A DNA stretch of 64,000 nt, taken from the NCBI RefSeq assembly GCF_006345805.1, contig NC_043006.1, positions 46,810,001 to 46,874,000 on the forward strand, written 5' to 3'. A program made the position numbers and the translations under genes. Shown here piece after piece: positions 27,838 through 42,445 of the stretch (position 1 is the stretch's first letter; every line of letters begins with the position of its first letter). This stretch comes from Octopus sinensis. Lineage: Eukaryota. Below the pieces are notes generated by a model. It searched no databases. It was not told the DNA's origin and worked only from the letters and a program-made list of their open reading frames with translations.

Positions 27838-28324
27838 GTGCCCATGGTCATTCAGAATTAATCCAGGGTAGATCAGGGCACAGGCTGTAGAAAGTATACA
27901 TTTTTTGCTATCATTTTTATTGCTGTGATACATAAACAGTCAAACAGCAGGGATGTAAAGTAGAAAATCAGAGTAGATAAGTGAATATCGCATAAATAAC
28001 TTGTGAAGTGGATTTACAAGACCTCGAGACGGATAGAAGAGCAACCCACTCAGGGTGAAATTGCCCCGTTGATCCAGCTGTGGTAAGCTGTTAAGGGGGA
28101 TAATCAAGGCCCCAATACATGATATCATTATCAGTGGAATTTTGGTATCATATTTTAATTGGAAGATGATAGGTGATTTCCATCCAATGTAACTGAGCTT
28201 GAAGTGGTTTTCCAACGCCAGAATATCCTCCAAATTCTATAAACAACCGAACAAGTAAAGCACACTCTGTTACGAATAAAAATTCGCAAGTAGTTGCTGC
28301 TCACGAAGTTTTCGTCGTCATCAT
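27838..28324 (-). pseudogene. ALG6: Intronless, frameshifted ALG6 (dolichyl-P-Glc alpha-1,3-glucosyltransferase) pseudogene, N-terminal third
   Basis: Joined frames read [101 protein letters not shown]. This is colinear with recalled human ALG6 [63 protein letters not shown]. Confidence 0.9.
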
Positions 28325-28353
28325 TGTCAGATTATCCGATTTGAAAAGGCGAA

Positions 28354-28508
28354 GGAGTAGGTGTATCGTAAGTAACTTGCTTACCAGCCACGTGGTTCCG
28401 GGTTCAGTCCAGTGGCAGATCCTTGGGTTAAAGTCTTCTTCTCTAGCCAGGGGCCGACCAAAGTCTTGCGAGTGGTTTTGGTAGACGGATAATGAAAGAA
28501 ACCTGCAT
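28354..28508 (+). mobile_element. SINE family B 5' half
   Basis: Head and CORE-like segment ending in the TA tract. Confidence 0.7.
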
Positions 28509-28523
28509 TATATATACATTCAT

Positions 28524-28586
<63 letters not shown>

Positions 28587-28999
28587 TGTATTTGTATATG
28601 TGTGTGTGTGTGTGTGTGTGTGCATGCAATAATAAATCTCTGAGCCAGAAGTAAACAGTAGCAGCACGGAATCGTGAAGAAACATTTGCCACCTAAATGT
28701 TGCAGACCCTTAGGAGACGATGCTACTGTTGTTTATAGCTGCAGGAAGACATCTCTTCCACTTGTGGAACGACACACTCTCTGTGTCCTATAAGTATTTG
28801 CAAAGGTAAAATTCATCGTTCCCATCTCTAACCTTACGTGAAACACTTAGACCCGAATTTCTGGGTAAGTAAACGTCATGAGCATATGACAAACACAACC
28901 AAGCGGTGAAAACTCATTCCAAACGCAAAATACTATATGATTTTTCCAGGGACACTCTGTCGCTGATTTCGAAAGAGGAGAAACAAACAATAATAAATC

Positions 29000-29208
29000 T
29001 CTGCGTATGTATATGTATATATGTGTGTATATATACGTATATATACGTATATATATATAATATATATATATATATATGCACGTATATATATGTGTGTATA
29101 TGTATGAACAAATATGTAGTATATATATGTATATATACGTATATATATTGTATATATATATATATGAACAAATATTTGTATGTATATATATATATACGTA
29201 TATATACG

Positions 29209-29243
<35 letters not shown>

Positions 29244-29459
29244 ATATATGAACAAATATTTATGTATATATATATATATATATACGTATATATACGTATA
29301 TATATATATGTGTGTGTATATATATAAACAAATATGTATGTATGTATATATATATATATATATTATATGAATATGTATGTACGTATGTATGTAATGTATG
29401 TACATAATATATATATATATATATATATATAAATGAACATGTATGTATGTATGTATGTG

Positions 29460-29503
<44 letters not shown>

Positions 29504-29530
29504 GTGGTGTGTGTGTGTGTGTGTGTGTAT
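29000..29530. repeat. TA/TACG/TG compound microsatellite
   Basis: Tandem low-complexity units. Confidence 0.9.
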
Positions 29531-30489
29531 TTAGACACCCACATAAATTTTAATCCTCGCCATCATAACACCATTTATGTTCGCAATGCAGGGAGAAACA
29601 CAGATCTCTGTACACCCACACACGCACAGATATAGATACACGAGGAGATACTGTTATACTCCTAAAACTACGTAACGGCAGGCGCACATATTTTTGAAGG
29701 CATATACGCTTACACACGCGAGGGCATAACGAACGCGCACACTAACACGAAAGCCCCACACGCTCAGCCCGGCACTCACACGTAGTTTGACATACGTTAG
29801 AGCAACGAATATTTTTCACATCCACTCTTCAACATTCCTGAACTTGCCAAGTCATTGAATACACACACAAACATAAAATGTTATTTATGTTAGTTATTAG
29901 TTATGTATGAGACAATGTTCAGGAAGGTCTTGTGTCTATGGGAACATACATGTTAAATCATTCTTACGAGCTACTTGTGTATATGCATGCAGGCATGCAT
30001 GCGAGCATTTATCTATGAAGTACATTTATGTATATGCATAAAAGAATGTATAATATGCTTGTGTGTGTATGTACGTCTGTATATATATATATATATATAT
30101 ATGTTAATAAAATAGAACATATGCATATATATAAACATATATGTACGTACCTACCTCTACATGTACATATACACGCATATATGTGTACAGGACACCAAAA
30201 AGACGTCGAACACATAGAGAGACGAAACACATAGACACAAACCAAGGAACAAGACAAGCAAAAAAAAGAGAGATACAGGACAATAAGCAGAACGAAAAAT
30301 CCCCTTCTTCAGTCGCTAAGGTTTCATCTACTAAACGTATATATATATATAGCGATGTTATTTCTTAACCTCTAAAACAAATGTATCACTATTCTATGCT
30401 GGCGGGAGAGACCCTAAAAAGTAAAAAGTAAATACAGGCACATAAACATATACGCCATCATACTCTCATACTCCATATAAGCATGCACG

Positions 30490-31613
<1,124 letters not shown>

Positions 31614-31800
31614 TGTGATATAAATATATCGCATGTAAATCTTTGTATGCCTTTGATTTATTATGATTGTATTTGTTCTTTTTCTATAATTATATTGGTA
31701 ATATTTTTGTTGTTGTTGTTGTTGTTGTTCTTCTTCTTCTTCTTCTCCTTCTTGTCCTCCTCCTCCGTCTTCTTATCATCATTATTATTATTATCATTAT

Positions 31801-32008
31801 AGCGGTGAGCTGTCAGAATCGTTAACACGCCGGGCAAAATCCTTAGCCTTATTTCGTCTGTCGCTTTGTCCTGGGTCCAAATTCAGTCGTGGTCGAATTT
31901 GCCTTTCATCCTATCGGAATCGAGGAAATGAGTACCAGTTACACACTGGTGTCGATATAATTGACTCGCTCCATTCCCCCCAAATTTTCAAGGTCTCGTG
32001 CCTAGTGT
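31801..32008 (+). mobile_element. SINE family A
   Basis: gcggtgagctgtcag..tttgcctttcatcc..gtaccag..ggtctcgtgcctag. Confidence 0.75.
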
Positions 32009-32445
32009 AGAAATAATTATAATTGTTATAAAATAAATCATCATCATTATCATCATTATTATTATTATTATTATTAATATTTTTTTAAGGCGTTGGGTTA
32101 CGAGAATTTTATCACGCCGAACAACATGCTTACAGGGATCTCTTTCAGCTTTCCAATCCTTTTTCAAATTCCGACGTGGTCGGTTTTCCATTTGATCCTG
32201 TCCTGGCCGATAACATTCATTATCGGCTGCGTATTGGGGTCGATGTAATTGACTACACCCTCCTTAAAAGTTTCAAGCCCTGTGCCCATCAGAGCAGTAA
32301 GCATTATTAATAGTAGTTAGCATTATTAATAGTATTTGATATTTATTAGTATATCGATTGCTATTATATATTTATTGAGATATAGATTTACTATTAGCAT
32401 ATCGATTACTATTGTATTAATATATCGATGACTATTATCATTTGT

Positions 32446-32650
32446 AGGCGGCGTGCTGGTAGAATTATTAGCATACTGGACGAAATGCTTAGCGGTGTTT
32501 CACCCGTCGCTACGTTCTGATTTCAAATTCCGCGAAGGTCAGCTTTGCATTTCATCCTTTTGGGGTCGATAAATTTAGTACCAGTAAAATATTTGGGTCG
32601 ATATTATCGATAGGTCCCTTCCCCACAAATTTGAGGCCTTGTGCCTCCTG
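32446..32650 (+). mobile_element. SINE family A
   Basis: ggcggcgtgctgg..ttcaaattcc..catccttttggggtcgataaa..ggccttgtgcct. Confidence 0.8.
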
Positions 32651-33111
32651 TAGAAAAGATTATCATTATTTCAACATAATTATTATGTCTATTGTACGAA
32701 TGATTGTTGTTGATTTCTTTCATTTCCAATGTTGACCCCTAATTTGACAAAGTTATACAATATGGTTCGTTCTTTATTTTAAGTTTTGATTTAATATATT
32801 TACAGGGTTTTCTGTGGTTTGTATATATTTCTTTTAAAGTTCTATATTCGATATATTTTGTTCGGAAAAATTCTTAGAGTTTTTTTTCGAAGCCCCTATA
32901 TCTACACATCCTCTTACTCCCCATACATTTCCCCTATATCTCTACTTGTTTTCTTTTTCCTTCTTCGCTGCAAAACTTCCTTCCATATGTATGAGTGGGG
33001 CATGTATTAAAATAAGAAATTTATAAAAATAATATAAATAATGCATGTTTAATGAATTAAAAAATATAACATCTACACACACTCAACCATGAAGGTGTGT
33101 GTGTGTGTATG

Positions 33112-33176
<65 letters not shown>

Positions 33177-33759
33177 CATATACATATGAACAAAGCATTA
33201 AACTCTCCTATGATACACGCAGGAAAATTCACGAAAGCTCTCGCGGCTATTTTGGCTTTGTGGCTCCAACTCTTGCTAAAAATATTCTCTCATGACACGG
33301 ACCAGCGAACATTCATTACGTTACGTTAACCTCGTAAAATAAAGTAAAAAAAAATATGGACGGATATAAATATAACATAAACAAGAAAAAAAAATGTGCG
33401 GGAAATCGTATTTTTAGATCGCTCTTCCCTCCCTTTACTACAACCCACAAATTTTCCGTTAGTCAGCTCCCTTTAGAATTTACCTCGAGTTATTGCCATT
33501 GAGCTTGCATTTATGTATGCATGCATGTTTTTATGCGTGTATGTATATATACATATATGTATTATACTTGTATGTATGTATGGATGTATGTATGTATTAT
33601 GTATGTCTGTATAAGTATATATGTGCATATATATTATATATATATATGTTCATATATTATGAATTATGGAGATATTCATGGATAGTTATATATACGTGTA
33701 TATAAAATACGCGCGCATATATGTATGTGTATATATATAAACATGTATGCATAAGACTT

Positions 33760-33791
<32 letters not shown>

Positions 33792-33962
33792 AATGTGTGT
33801 TTGTGTGTATATGTGTGTACACACGTATGAATTTATAAGTACATATTTATGTAAGTGCATATATGAGCGTATGTATGTATATGTATATATATACACATGT
33901 GTCTATGTATTTATGTATATATATATATAATATATATATATAATATATATATAATATATAGA

Positions 33963-33995
<33 letters not shown>

Positions 33996-34406
33996 ACTCA
34001 CTTATACGCGTACATACACATATACGACTCATCTATGCATGTATCGTTGCTCTCTAAAGAGCCCAATGTCAGACATAGCACAAAACTCCAGCGTGTGAAG
34101 CTCATGTCTCGCTGGCAGACCTGGAATTTTTTCATGGTAAACCTGTGTCAAACTTGATATTAATGTATCGTGATGTATTTTCTATTGGATCAAGGGAAGC
34201 GTATCTAAACAGTTATTGCCGTGTTGCTTAATACGCTAACACATGTACATAAATCCATAAATCTATGTAGAAATTATCGCGCTGTTTGTAAAGCAATCAT
34301 GCCATGCTTGCATAAGTTAATATAGCCTTAAGATTGCACATTAAACGATTAGAATCAGTTGTGCTCTAATACATGCCTACACATATGTACACACCTGTCT
34401 TCATAA

Positions 34407-34443
<37 letters not shown>

Positions 34444-34603
34444 ATATATATATGTATATATTGTTATATATGTATATTTATATATATATATATAACAATA
34501 TATATATGTATATATATAAATGCGTGTGTGTGTGTGTGTGTTTGTATGTATAAACATAATACAATAATACGTACGTCCATACGTTCACAAATGCTTATAT
34601 ATA

Positions 34604-34638
<35 letters not shown>

Positions 34639-35212
34639 CCAAGAATGGTCCCATTATTCCCAGGAAACGATCTTTCTAACATTCTATCATTTTGTATCTA
34701 TCTATCTATCTATCTATCAATCTATCTATCTATCTATCTATCTGTTTATGCTGCTGTCTATCCCTTGGTCGTTTTGTCTCTCCGTCTGCTTGACGGTCTA
34801 AACTTCTACAAGTTTGACGTCGTATAAAATTGTCTTCCTTTCTCTTTATATTGACAGCAATCCATTTATTTCGCTTTCTATGCAACAGATGAACATACAT
34901 TTGCGTTTATTACCTTTGTTGAAATTATACTTGGTAAACCCTTGTGTATCCATACATTTCCATATTGTTTTGCATCAATCTTCTGCCCTTCTGTTTCTCA
35001 GTGTGTTCTTTTACATGTTACTTTTACCCTTTTGAGTCCATTCAATTTCTTATTCACACGCACTCAAGTCAATTATTTGTACGTATTTATATATATATAT
35101 ATATATGTATGTATATATACATGTATATTATAAGTTTTATGTATATATATATGTATATATATATAAATACATGTATACATACACATGTATATATATATAT
35201 ATATATATATAT

Positions 35213-35617
35213 TTACTCTTTTACATGTTTCAGTCATTTGACTATGGCCATGCTGGAGCACCACCTTTAGTCGAAGAAATCGATCCCCGGACTTATTGTT
35301 TGTAAGCCTTGTACTTATTCTATCAGTCTCTTTTGTCGAACCGCTAAGTTACGGGGATATAAACACACCCGCATCTGTTGTCAAGCAATGTTGGCGGACA
35401 AACACAGACACACGAACATAGGCACACACACATACATATATACATAATATACACATATACAACGGGCTTCTTTTCTGTCTCCGTCTACCAAATCCACTCA
35501 CAAGGCTTTAGTCGGCCCCAGGATATAGTAGAAGACACTTGCCCAAGTTGCCACGCAGTAGGACTGAACTCAGAACCATGTGGTTGGTAAGCAAGCTACT
35601 TACGATACAGCCACTCC
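35213..35617 (-). mobile_element. SINE family B
   Basis: Full-length reverse match to 47539-47945. Confidence 0.85.
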
Positions 35618-35639
35618 TGTGCCTATGGTGCATGTGTAC

Positions 35640-37130
35640 ATGTTAATACTTAGATGATAATATTTGCTTCTTTTTTATTATATTGGTAAAATATAGACCC
35701 CTATTATATCCTGAATGGCGAAAAACACCCGTAAAGAGAAATGGAGTGAGTAGACCTGAGCTATACGGATCATCCGAAACCGATGATCTGGTTAAAAAGA
35801 TGGTCACACATGCGGTGGGAGAGAGTACCTGTATCACACTCAAGGCCCACATATTTAAGTTTATAAACAATATATACGCCCAGGAGGAATGTGTAGCCGT
35901 CGCTGTCAGTATCGCTGGCGATGTGGGTAAGAACGATTAGCAGAGAACTCCATAACCCTAAACATGTACTCCTGCTATGTGGATGATTTCAACATAGTAA
36001 ACAAAGCACTCCCACGGCACAATATCGATAATCTAGAAGCCAACACTATGGAGAGCCTCCAGCAAATCGCAAACTCCATCGACCAGATTATAAACGTTAA
36101 AACAGACTACACTAACAAGCACCAGAACTATAGCCAACCGGTCTTAGACACGGAACTCTGGCTGGAAACCAAGAATAATAAGGTCCAGATCCTTTTTTCC
36201 AATTATGTCAAAACCATGGTCTCTAAATAACTGGTCCACTAGAACACAGCTATTGGAGAAGACGCCCAAATTCAATATTCTAATAGTGGACTTGATGAGA
36301 GTGATGAGGAATATGTCCCATATGTGCAGTCCTATAGAATTGGTAAGACACATACAACACTTCATCCACGGCTTGCAGTTCTTTGGCTACAACCAAAGAG
36401 CAAAGATCAGAGTGTACAAAGGAACCAGGGCCAAGTACAAAGTCATGATAGAGAGTAATGTAAAGGAGATCTACTCGCAATAAAGGAGTAAATCCTGAAA
36501 TAGTCCAGAAAGGACCAGAAAGAAGATACGTAATGCCAACTGATGGTATGACGTAAAAAAATGCCAGTGTCATATTCGTTGTTGCTACCTATGGTGGCGA
36601 ACTAGAATACCTTTTTAGAAAAGCGTTAGATAAGTCTACGGATTAAATTAGTAGAAATGCCTGGAGCCCCCATAAAATCCCCCATCTGTAGAACTTATCG
36701 CTCCGATAGGTCCCCTTGTGCGGAGAACAATTGTACAGTATGTAAGATGAACACACAGGTTAACTGTAAGATTAGGAATATAGTCTATATGGTGTTTTGA
36801 AGGACGGTGCTGAAACAAGACAACAACTTACATTGAAGAGACAGCACGCAGTATATGGGAGTGAATAGGCAAATAATGGCGGGGTTCATAGAGATGAAAG
36901 GCTCGTCAGTGCTCTACCAATATGCGCAAGAAGAACATAGAGGCTTAGTTAATAACACGGAGGTTAAAGTATGATCAACGCATAGCAGTGACACGAGACT
37001 TAGACAGATTACAGATACTACGCACATAGTCATAGAAAGATCGAGCCTCAACAGAAAACGTAAATGGAATAATAGCACGCCCACCACCACACCACGTAAC
37101 ACGATGACAAAAGGCAGGTGGGAGACAAAA
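35640..37130 (+). mobile_element. Decayed Penelope-like element (RT + C-terminal GIY-YIG)
   Basis: YAQEE..SIAGDV, CYVDD (35976-35987), PVLD, NILI..MRVMRN..LQFFGY, NCKIRNIVY (~36762-36787), YIEETARS (from 36829), RQIT..LNRKRKWN. Confidence 0.85.
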
Positions 37131-37214
37131 AAAGAAGTGAAATACACACACAAAAGACAAACATGCACATACTTATGATTAATATATGAAATAGAGATAA
37201 ATTATAAGAGTAGA

Positions 37215-38440
37215 AATTAATATTATTAAATAATGAGGATCTTTTCTATTCTGAAGCCAGTTTTTTCAAATTTTTCCTACTGAACCAAACAATTTGAAAC
37301 TTCGTATACTGGTAGAATGTGTCAAAAGTAAACTTAATTGCAAACCAGAATGAAAACGGAATTGTAACTTCTAAGTTTAACGTAGTTTAATAATTAGAAT
37401 TTTAACCAACGATATTCCGTCATTCGGCTTTATTTTATTTACTCCGTCTCGACCACCAATTTCGTGACGTATTAAACAATGTAAACAAGCTATAGTCAGC
37501 CACCTTCTAATAACAAAAGTTTGTCTTTGAAGTTACCGTCTAGGGGAAGCATTGATGTACATGTGTGTGTGTGTGTGTTTGATGGGGTGTGGGAGACAGT
37601 ATGTTGTGTAAGTGAAGTGCTTCTGTTAGTGTGTGTGAAGAGACAGAGAGAGTAATGTGTGAAAGAGAGAGATAACTGAAATTTTTTACTCGGTGTATGT
37701 GTATATGCCTGAATGTATGTGTGTATGTATCTGTGTATGTGTATGTATGTATGTATGGCCGATTCAATGTAATTTTTTACACATACTTACACACACACAC
37801 ACACATACATACACACACACACACATGCAGACATACATATACACATACACCGAGTAAAAAATTATATATATATATTATATATATATATATATATATTAAT
37901 TTATAAAAATATGGTAAAGTAAAAAAATTACTTAACCACACACCGAGCTTTTTAGAAATAGCAGCCAAAAATTTCTCAACTGCAAGAAAAAGTCTCCCAG
38001 ACAATGCATACTCAGAAATAATTCACATACGTATAAGAGAAAAACAACGAAAAATCACATGGATTCTCCGATATATGTTATAAAAATATGGATTCTCCGA
38101 TATAATTTATAAAAATATGGTAAAGTAAAAAAATTACTTTACCACACACAAAGCTTTTTAGAAATAGCAGACGTCACAAAACTGCTTTCAACGTCACACT
38201 AACAGATCGCAGTAACGTTTTAGATATGAAAACAAGCAATCTCATTGGTTAAAATTCGCAGTTTTAATCTACGATTAAAGTCATAAAATATATTTTTCTC
38301 AAATAAACTAGTTCCAACTGGCGAATAAACTAGTTCCACTCTATGAGTACACAAAGTTTCAAATTATTTAGTTAACTAGAAAGATCTGGGGTCCTGGCCA
38401 CAAATTTGAAAAGATCCAATAATGATATTAAATAATATCA
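37215..38440. mobile_element. Old element with degenerate inverted ends, related to the 51.8 kb foldback
   Basis: 37215-37320 and the reverse complement of 38340-38440 share ggatcttttc and aatttgaaactt..tact; motif aaacttcg(t/a)atactggtagaatgtgtca is shared with ~51825. Confidence 0.4.
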
Positions 38441-40391
38441 ACTTAAAACATGTCTGAGGACCGTGAATTCTATTTAATATTATATTAAATGTCCGGGACC
38501 TCTATTTCTAGCAATACTGGTGCTCACTGCACACTTGCCAGTCTTAATGACGGTGAATTATTTCCTTGTTGGTTTTAAATTGCTGCTAGCCACCTTAATT
38601 ATTAGACCTTGAAACATCTGGTTTTGTTGCGAAGTAAGTTTCTTACCACGCAGCGTCGCCTGGTGCTGGCGTGTTTAACCCATAAAACGCTGGGATTTGC
38701 ACTTACGTAGTAGGGACTCCTGAGCATATTTTATGAAAATGAAACTACCGTGCAGACATAAAGACAAACAAAAAATAGTTAAATATCTTCTTAATATATA
38801 ATGGTGGCAAGTTTTACATCATTTGAAATCTCTTGCATTCTCGGAGGTATTGGAGACTTGGGGTGACATTAGACCAACAAACGCCCATGAATTAAATTCA
38901 TCTATCTGGGCCTCGATCGTAGCCTGTCGACCTGTGACTGACGGCCACGATCGTGGCCCGTCGTGTTTTATGTGTTAAGTTCAAATCTATGAATGTCGGT
39001 TAATTGCTTCCATATAAGATAATGCAACATGGATATCATCGTTTCTTCAGTGCCTTACCCCACAAGCATATATAATTTGCTTAGTAAGGAAAGTGATAGT
39101 GATGTTTTGTGGGATGAAAAACATAACCTGTGGAAGGCCGGATGAACTCCAAATAAATTCTAAGGTGGATAGAGTACGCGAGTACACATAGAGAAACAGG
39201 GCAGGATGAGAAACTAAGCCTTGTTGGTTACCTTGCAAAAAAAGCAATAATAAATATCTTCCTAATTAAGGGTTGCATATTAAGGAAATATAGGTGCAAG
39301 GCATAATATATTCATACATCGGCTACAGTTCGAAATACCGATCGACTCTTCATAATTGGAACAACTTTCGTCAAAGGTCTGCTCGATCTTACACTCTGAC
39401 AGTTAAAGGACAGTAATACCAAACAAAAAACCCACATCATCTAAACACACATATATAATCAAGCTTGCGGTTGGTATAGAATTATAATAGCAAAAATAAA
39501 TTTTGTGGGATACACAAATATTTAAATAGAATGAGCAAATAAAAAATGCATTGCGTAAAGAAAAAACACGGAAGGAAAGGATGATAAACGGATAAAAAGG
39601 AAGATAGAAAAGTATAGCGGATAAACGAGAGAAAATATAATCCAAAGCGGCGAGAATTTAAAAAAAAAAGAGGATGTATTGTCATAAAGCCTTTGTCAAT
39701 AGTTATTAAGTGTTTTAAGTGTTCAGCAAACAAAATTTGGTTCAAAGTAAACTCAATTTAAAATCCCTTTGCATGCGTACAGACAAATATACAGACGTAC
39801 GCAAACACAAGCATACAGCAGTTAAACATACACACGCAGGCAGTCATGAAAAAATACACATACTGTAAAATGCGTAGTCGAAGAGAGGCACAACACTGAT
39901 ATACACACAGATAGCAACGCTTTCAGATTTGCGCAGATATTCCCGGGCACGCAACTACACGAAGATGCATGTTTAAGTTGATAACTATAAGAGATCAATT
40001 ATATTATCTGAAGTCGTTCATATAGCTTCATACAAACATGCATACGCATATGCATGCAGATACAGATTCATGCTAGCATAAATTCGTTCACACAAAAGAA
40101 TGTTCTAACACAAATACAATGCCGAAAAACACTGCACAAGGATAAGGCCCAGCTACACCTAGGTTTAATGTAGGTACGTAATTTTCTTTCGAGAGAACTC
40201 GGATAATAACAAAACGGTTAGTATTTCATGGTGAACTTTTCAAACTTCTTACATATTTTTACTGTTTCACCGACACACTGTATCTTTTAAGTAACTCTTA
40301 GCCGGATCCTGGCCCTGTTTGTAAAATCCGAACATTTCCGTATTGTGACATAGATATTTACATCATATCCAATGACACTAATATTTATTGG

Positions 40392-40494
40392 TATCACTAC
40401 GTGGCAACTTGGGCAAGTGTCTTCTACTATAGCCTCGGGCCGACCAAAACCTTGTAAGTGGATTTGGTAGACGGAAACTTAAAGAAGCCCGTCG

Positions 40495-40539
<45 letters not shown>

Positions 40540-40765
40540 GTATGTATATGTTTGTGTGTCTGTTTTTGCCCCCCCCCCCTCCGCATCGCTTGACAACCGA
40601 TAGCGGTGTGTTTACGTACACTTAACTTAGTGGTTCGGCAAAATAAACCGATAGAATAAGTACTAGGCATCCAAAGAATAAGTCCTGGGGTCGATTTGCT
40701 CGACTAAAAGCGGTGCACCAGCATTGCCGCACTCAAATGACTGAAACAAGCAAAAGAGTAAAATA
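40392..40765 (+). mobile_element. SINE family B (5'-truncated)
   Basis: CORE-like segment, internal TA/TG tract, gactgaaacaag..aaaagagtaaaa tail. Confidence 0.85.
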
Positions 40766-40949
40766 GTATTATAGTCATAAGGCCTGATATTTTGGTTCCA
40801 TTTGGCAAGATTAAGTGCTCTGCTGTGCACATAGTTCACTGAATATATCAAAGCTATTTGCGTCTTGAATTGCAAAAGCTTATCCTTCGAAATATGAAAT
40901 GATGTAATGGTTCCGAATATGCTTGCCTGTATGTATATATGAATAAATT

Positions 40950-41018
<69 letters not shown>

Positions 41019-42133
41019 GTGTGTATGTGTGTGTGTATGTGTGTGTGTGTGTGTGTGTGTGTATGCATGCATGCATGTGTGTGTGTGCGTGTTTCCATTT
41101 GTGTGTGTGGATGTTTCTTTAAATACGCGACTTTAGAGTTTTTGTCTTTTGTATTGTAGATTTCGCCTGTTTTCTTTCTTGTTTCTTTAAAATTATTGCG
41201 GTGCAAGCAAATTTCTAAACTAATACTCGAAGTTTACAGGCCTTTACACGCTTATTTGTAAGAACTGAATTCATTTGTCATCTGCGTTACTTCTATATGT
41301 AGACTTCATCGTTAGATTTCTTTCTTCTGACGGTTAGATTAATATATCTGTAGTCACGTGTTGTTGACTTGTACGTCGCGGTTAAATTTTGTCAGTTTTT
41401 TTTTTCTGTCGGTAGCCACGTTTTATATTTTGACATGTGTTGTTTATATGCAGATTTTTGTTAGTATGTACATATCTTGTATATAGATATCTTGTTTGTA
41501 TATAGATATCGACCACAAAAGGTTGGAAAGCAACGTCAATCTCATCAGTATTTGAGCTATGAACATAAGGAGGCGGAAGAGATGCCGCAAAGCAATTTCA
41601 GTGAAGAATAAAAGTGTGTGTCAGCACGCCGCCTTAAGAATAATAATAATAATTCTTTCACATTTTAGCGAACGGCGACCGGTTTTGAAGGTGGGCGGGA
41701 AGGAGGCTATTACATTGACCCAGAAAGGTTGGAGGACGGAATAATCATCGGAGGAATTTGAAATCAGAATATAGAGAGTCTGAAGATAACAAGGGTACCA
41801 AATTTTGTCACAAGTCCAGAATCTGAGGCAAGGCAATGATTTATCCGATATCAGTTTACGTAAGTTCGTCGAACCTAAAAAGATGAAAATTAAAGCTGAC
41901 ATCAGCGAAATTGGAACTAAGAATATAAAGAACCAGGACATACCTACTAAGGCAACATCTTCCGATGCACTAAAGATTCTGTTACAAAACTTAGATGTGA
42001 AAATTTCAATATCTACTAATTTAGTAATGATATATGTATACTTAATTCAACACATATGGTTTTGACGGAAATCTAAAATCTAATTGAATATAATTACATG
42101 CTCGTACGCACGTACATATTTATTGTCAGAATA

Positions 42134-42445
42134 AATAAAAAAACGATAAACGTCGCCCTTTTCAAGTTTAGCCAGGCTCATGGCCCCGGTTTCTGGGGCG
42201 TATGTGTCCCCCCACTTGGACGGGACGCCAGTCCATCGCCGCGTTACTCAAGAAACAGGAAGAAAGAGTGAGAGGAAGTTGTGGCGAAAGAGTACAACAG
42301 GGGTCGCCATCACCCCCTACCGGAGGACGTTGAGCTTTTAGGTGTTTGCGCTCAATAGACACACACAACGCCCAGTCTGGGACTCGAAACCGCGATCCTC
42401 CGACCGCAAGTCTGCTGCCCTAACCACTGGGCCATTGCGTCTCCA
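42134..42445 (-). mobile_element. SINE family C with short TSD
   Basis: tRNA head; GTCAGAATA on both flanks. Confidence 0.85.
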
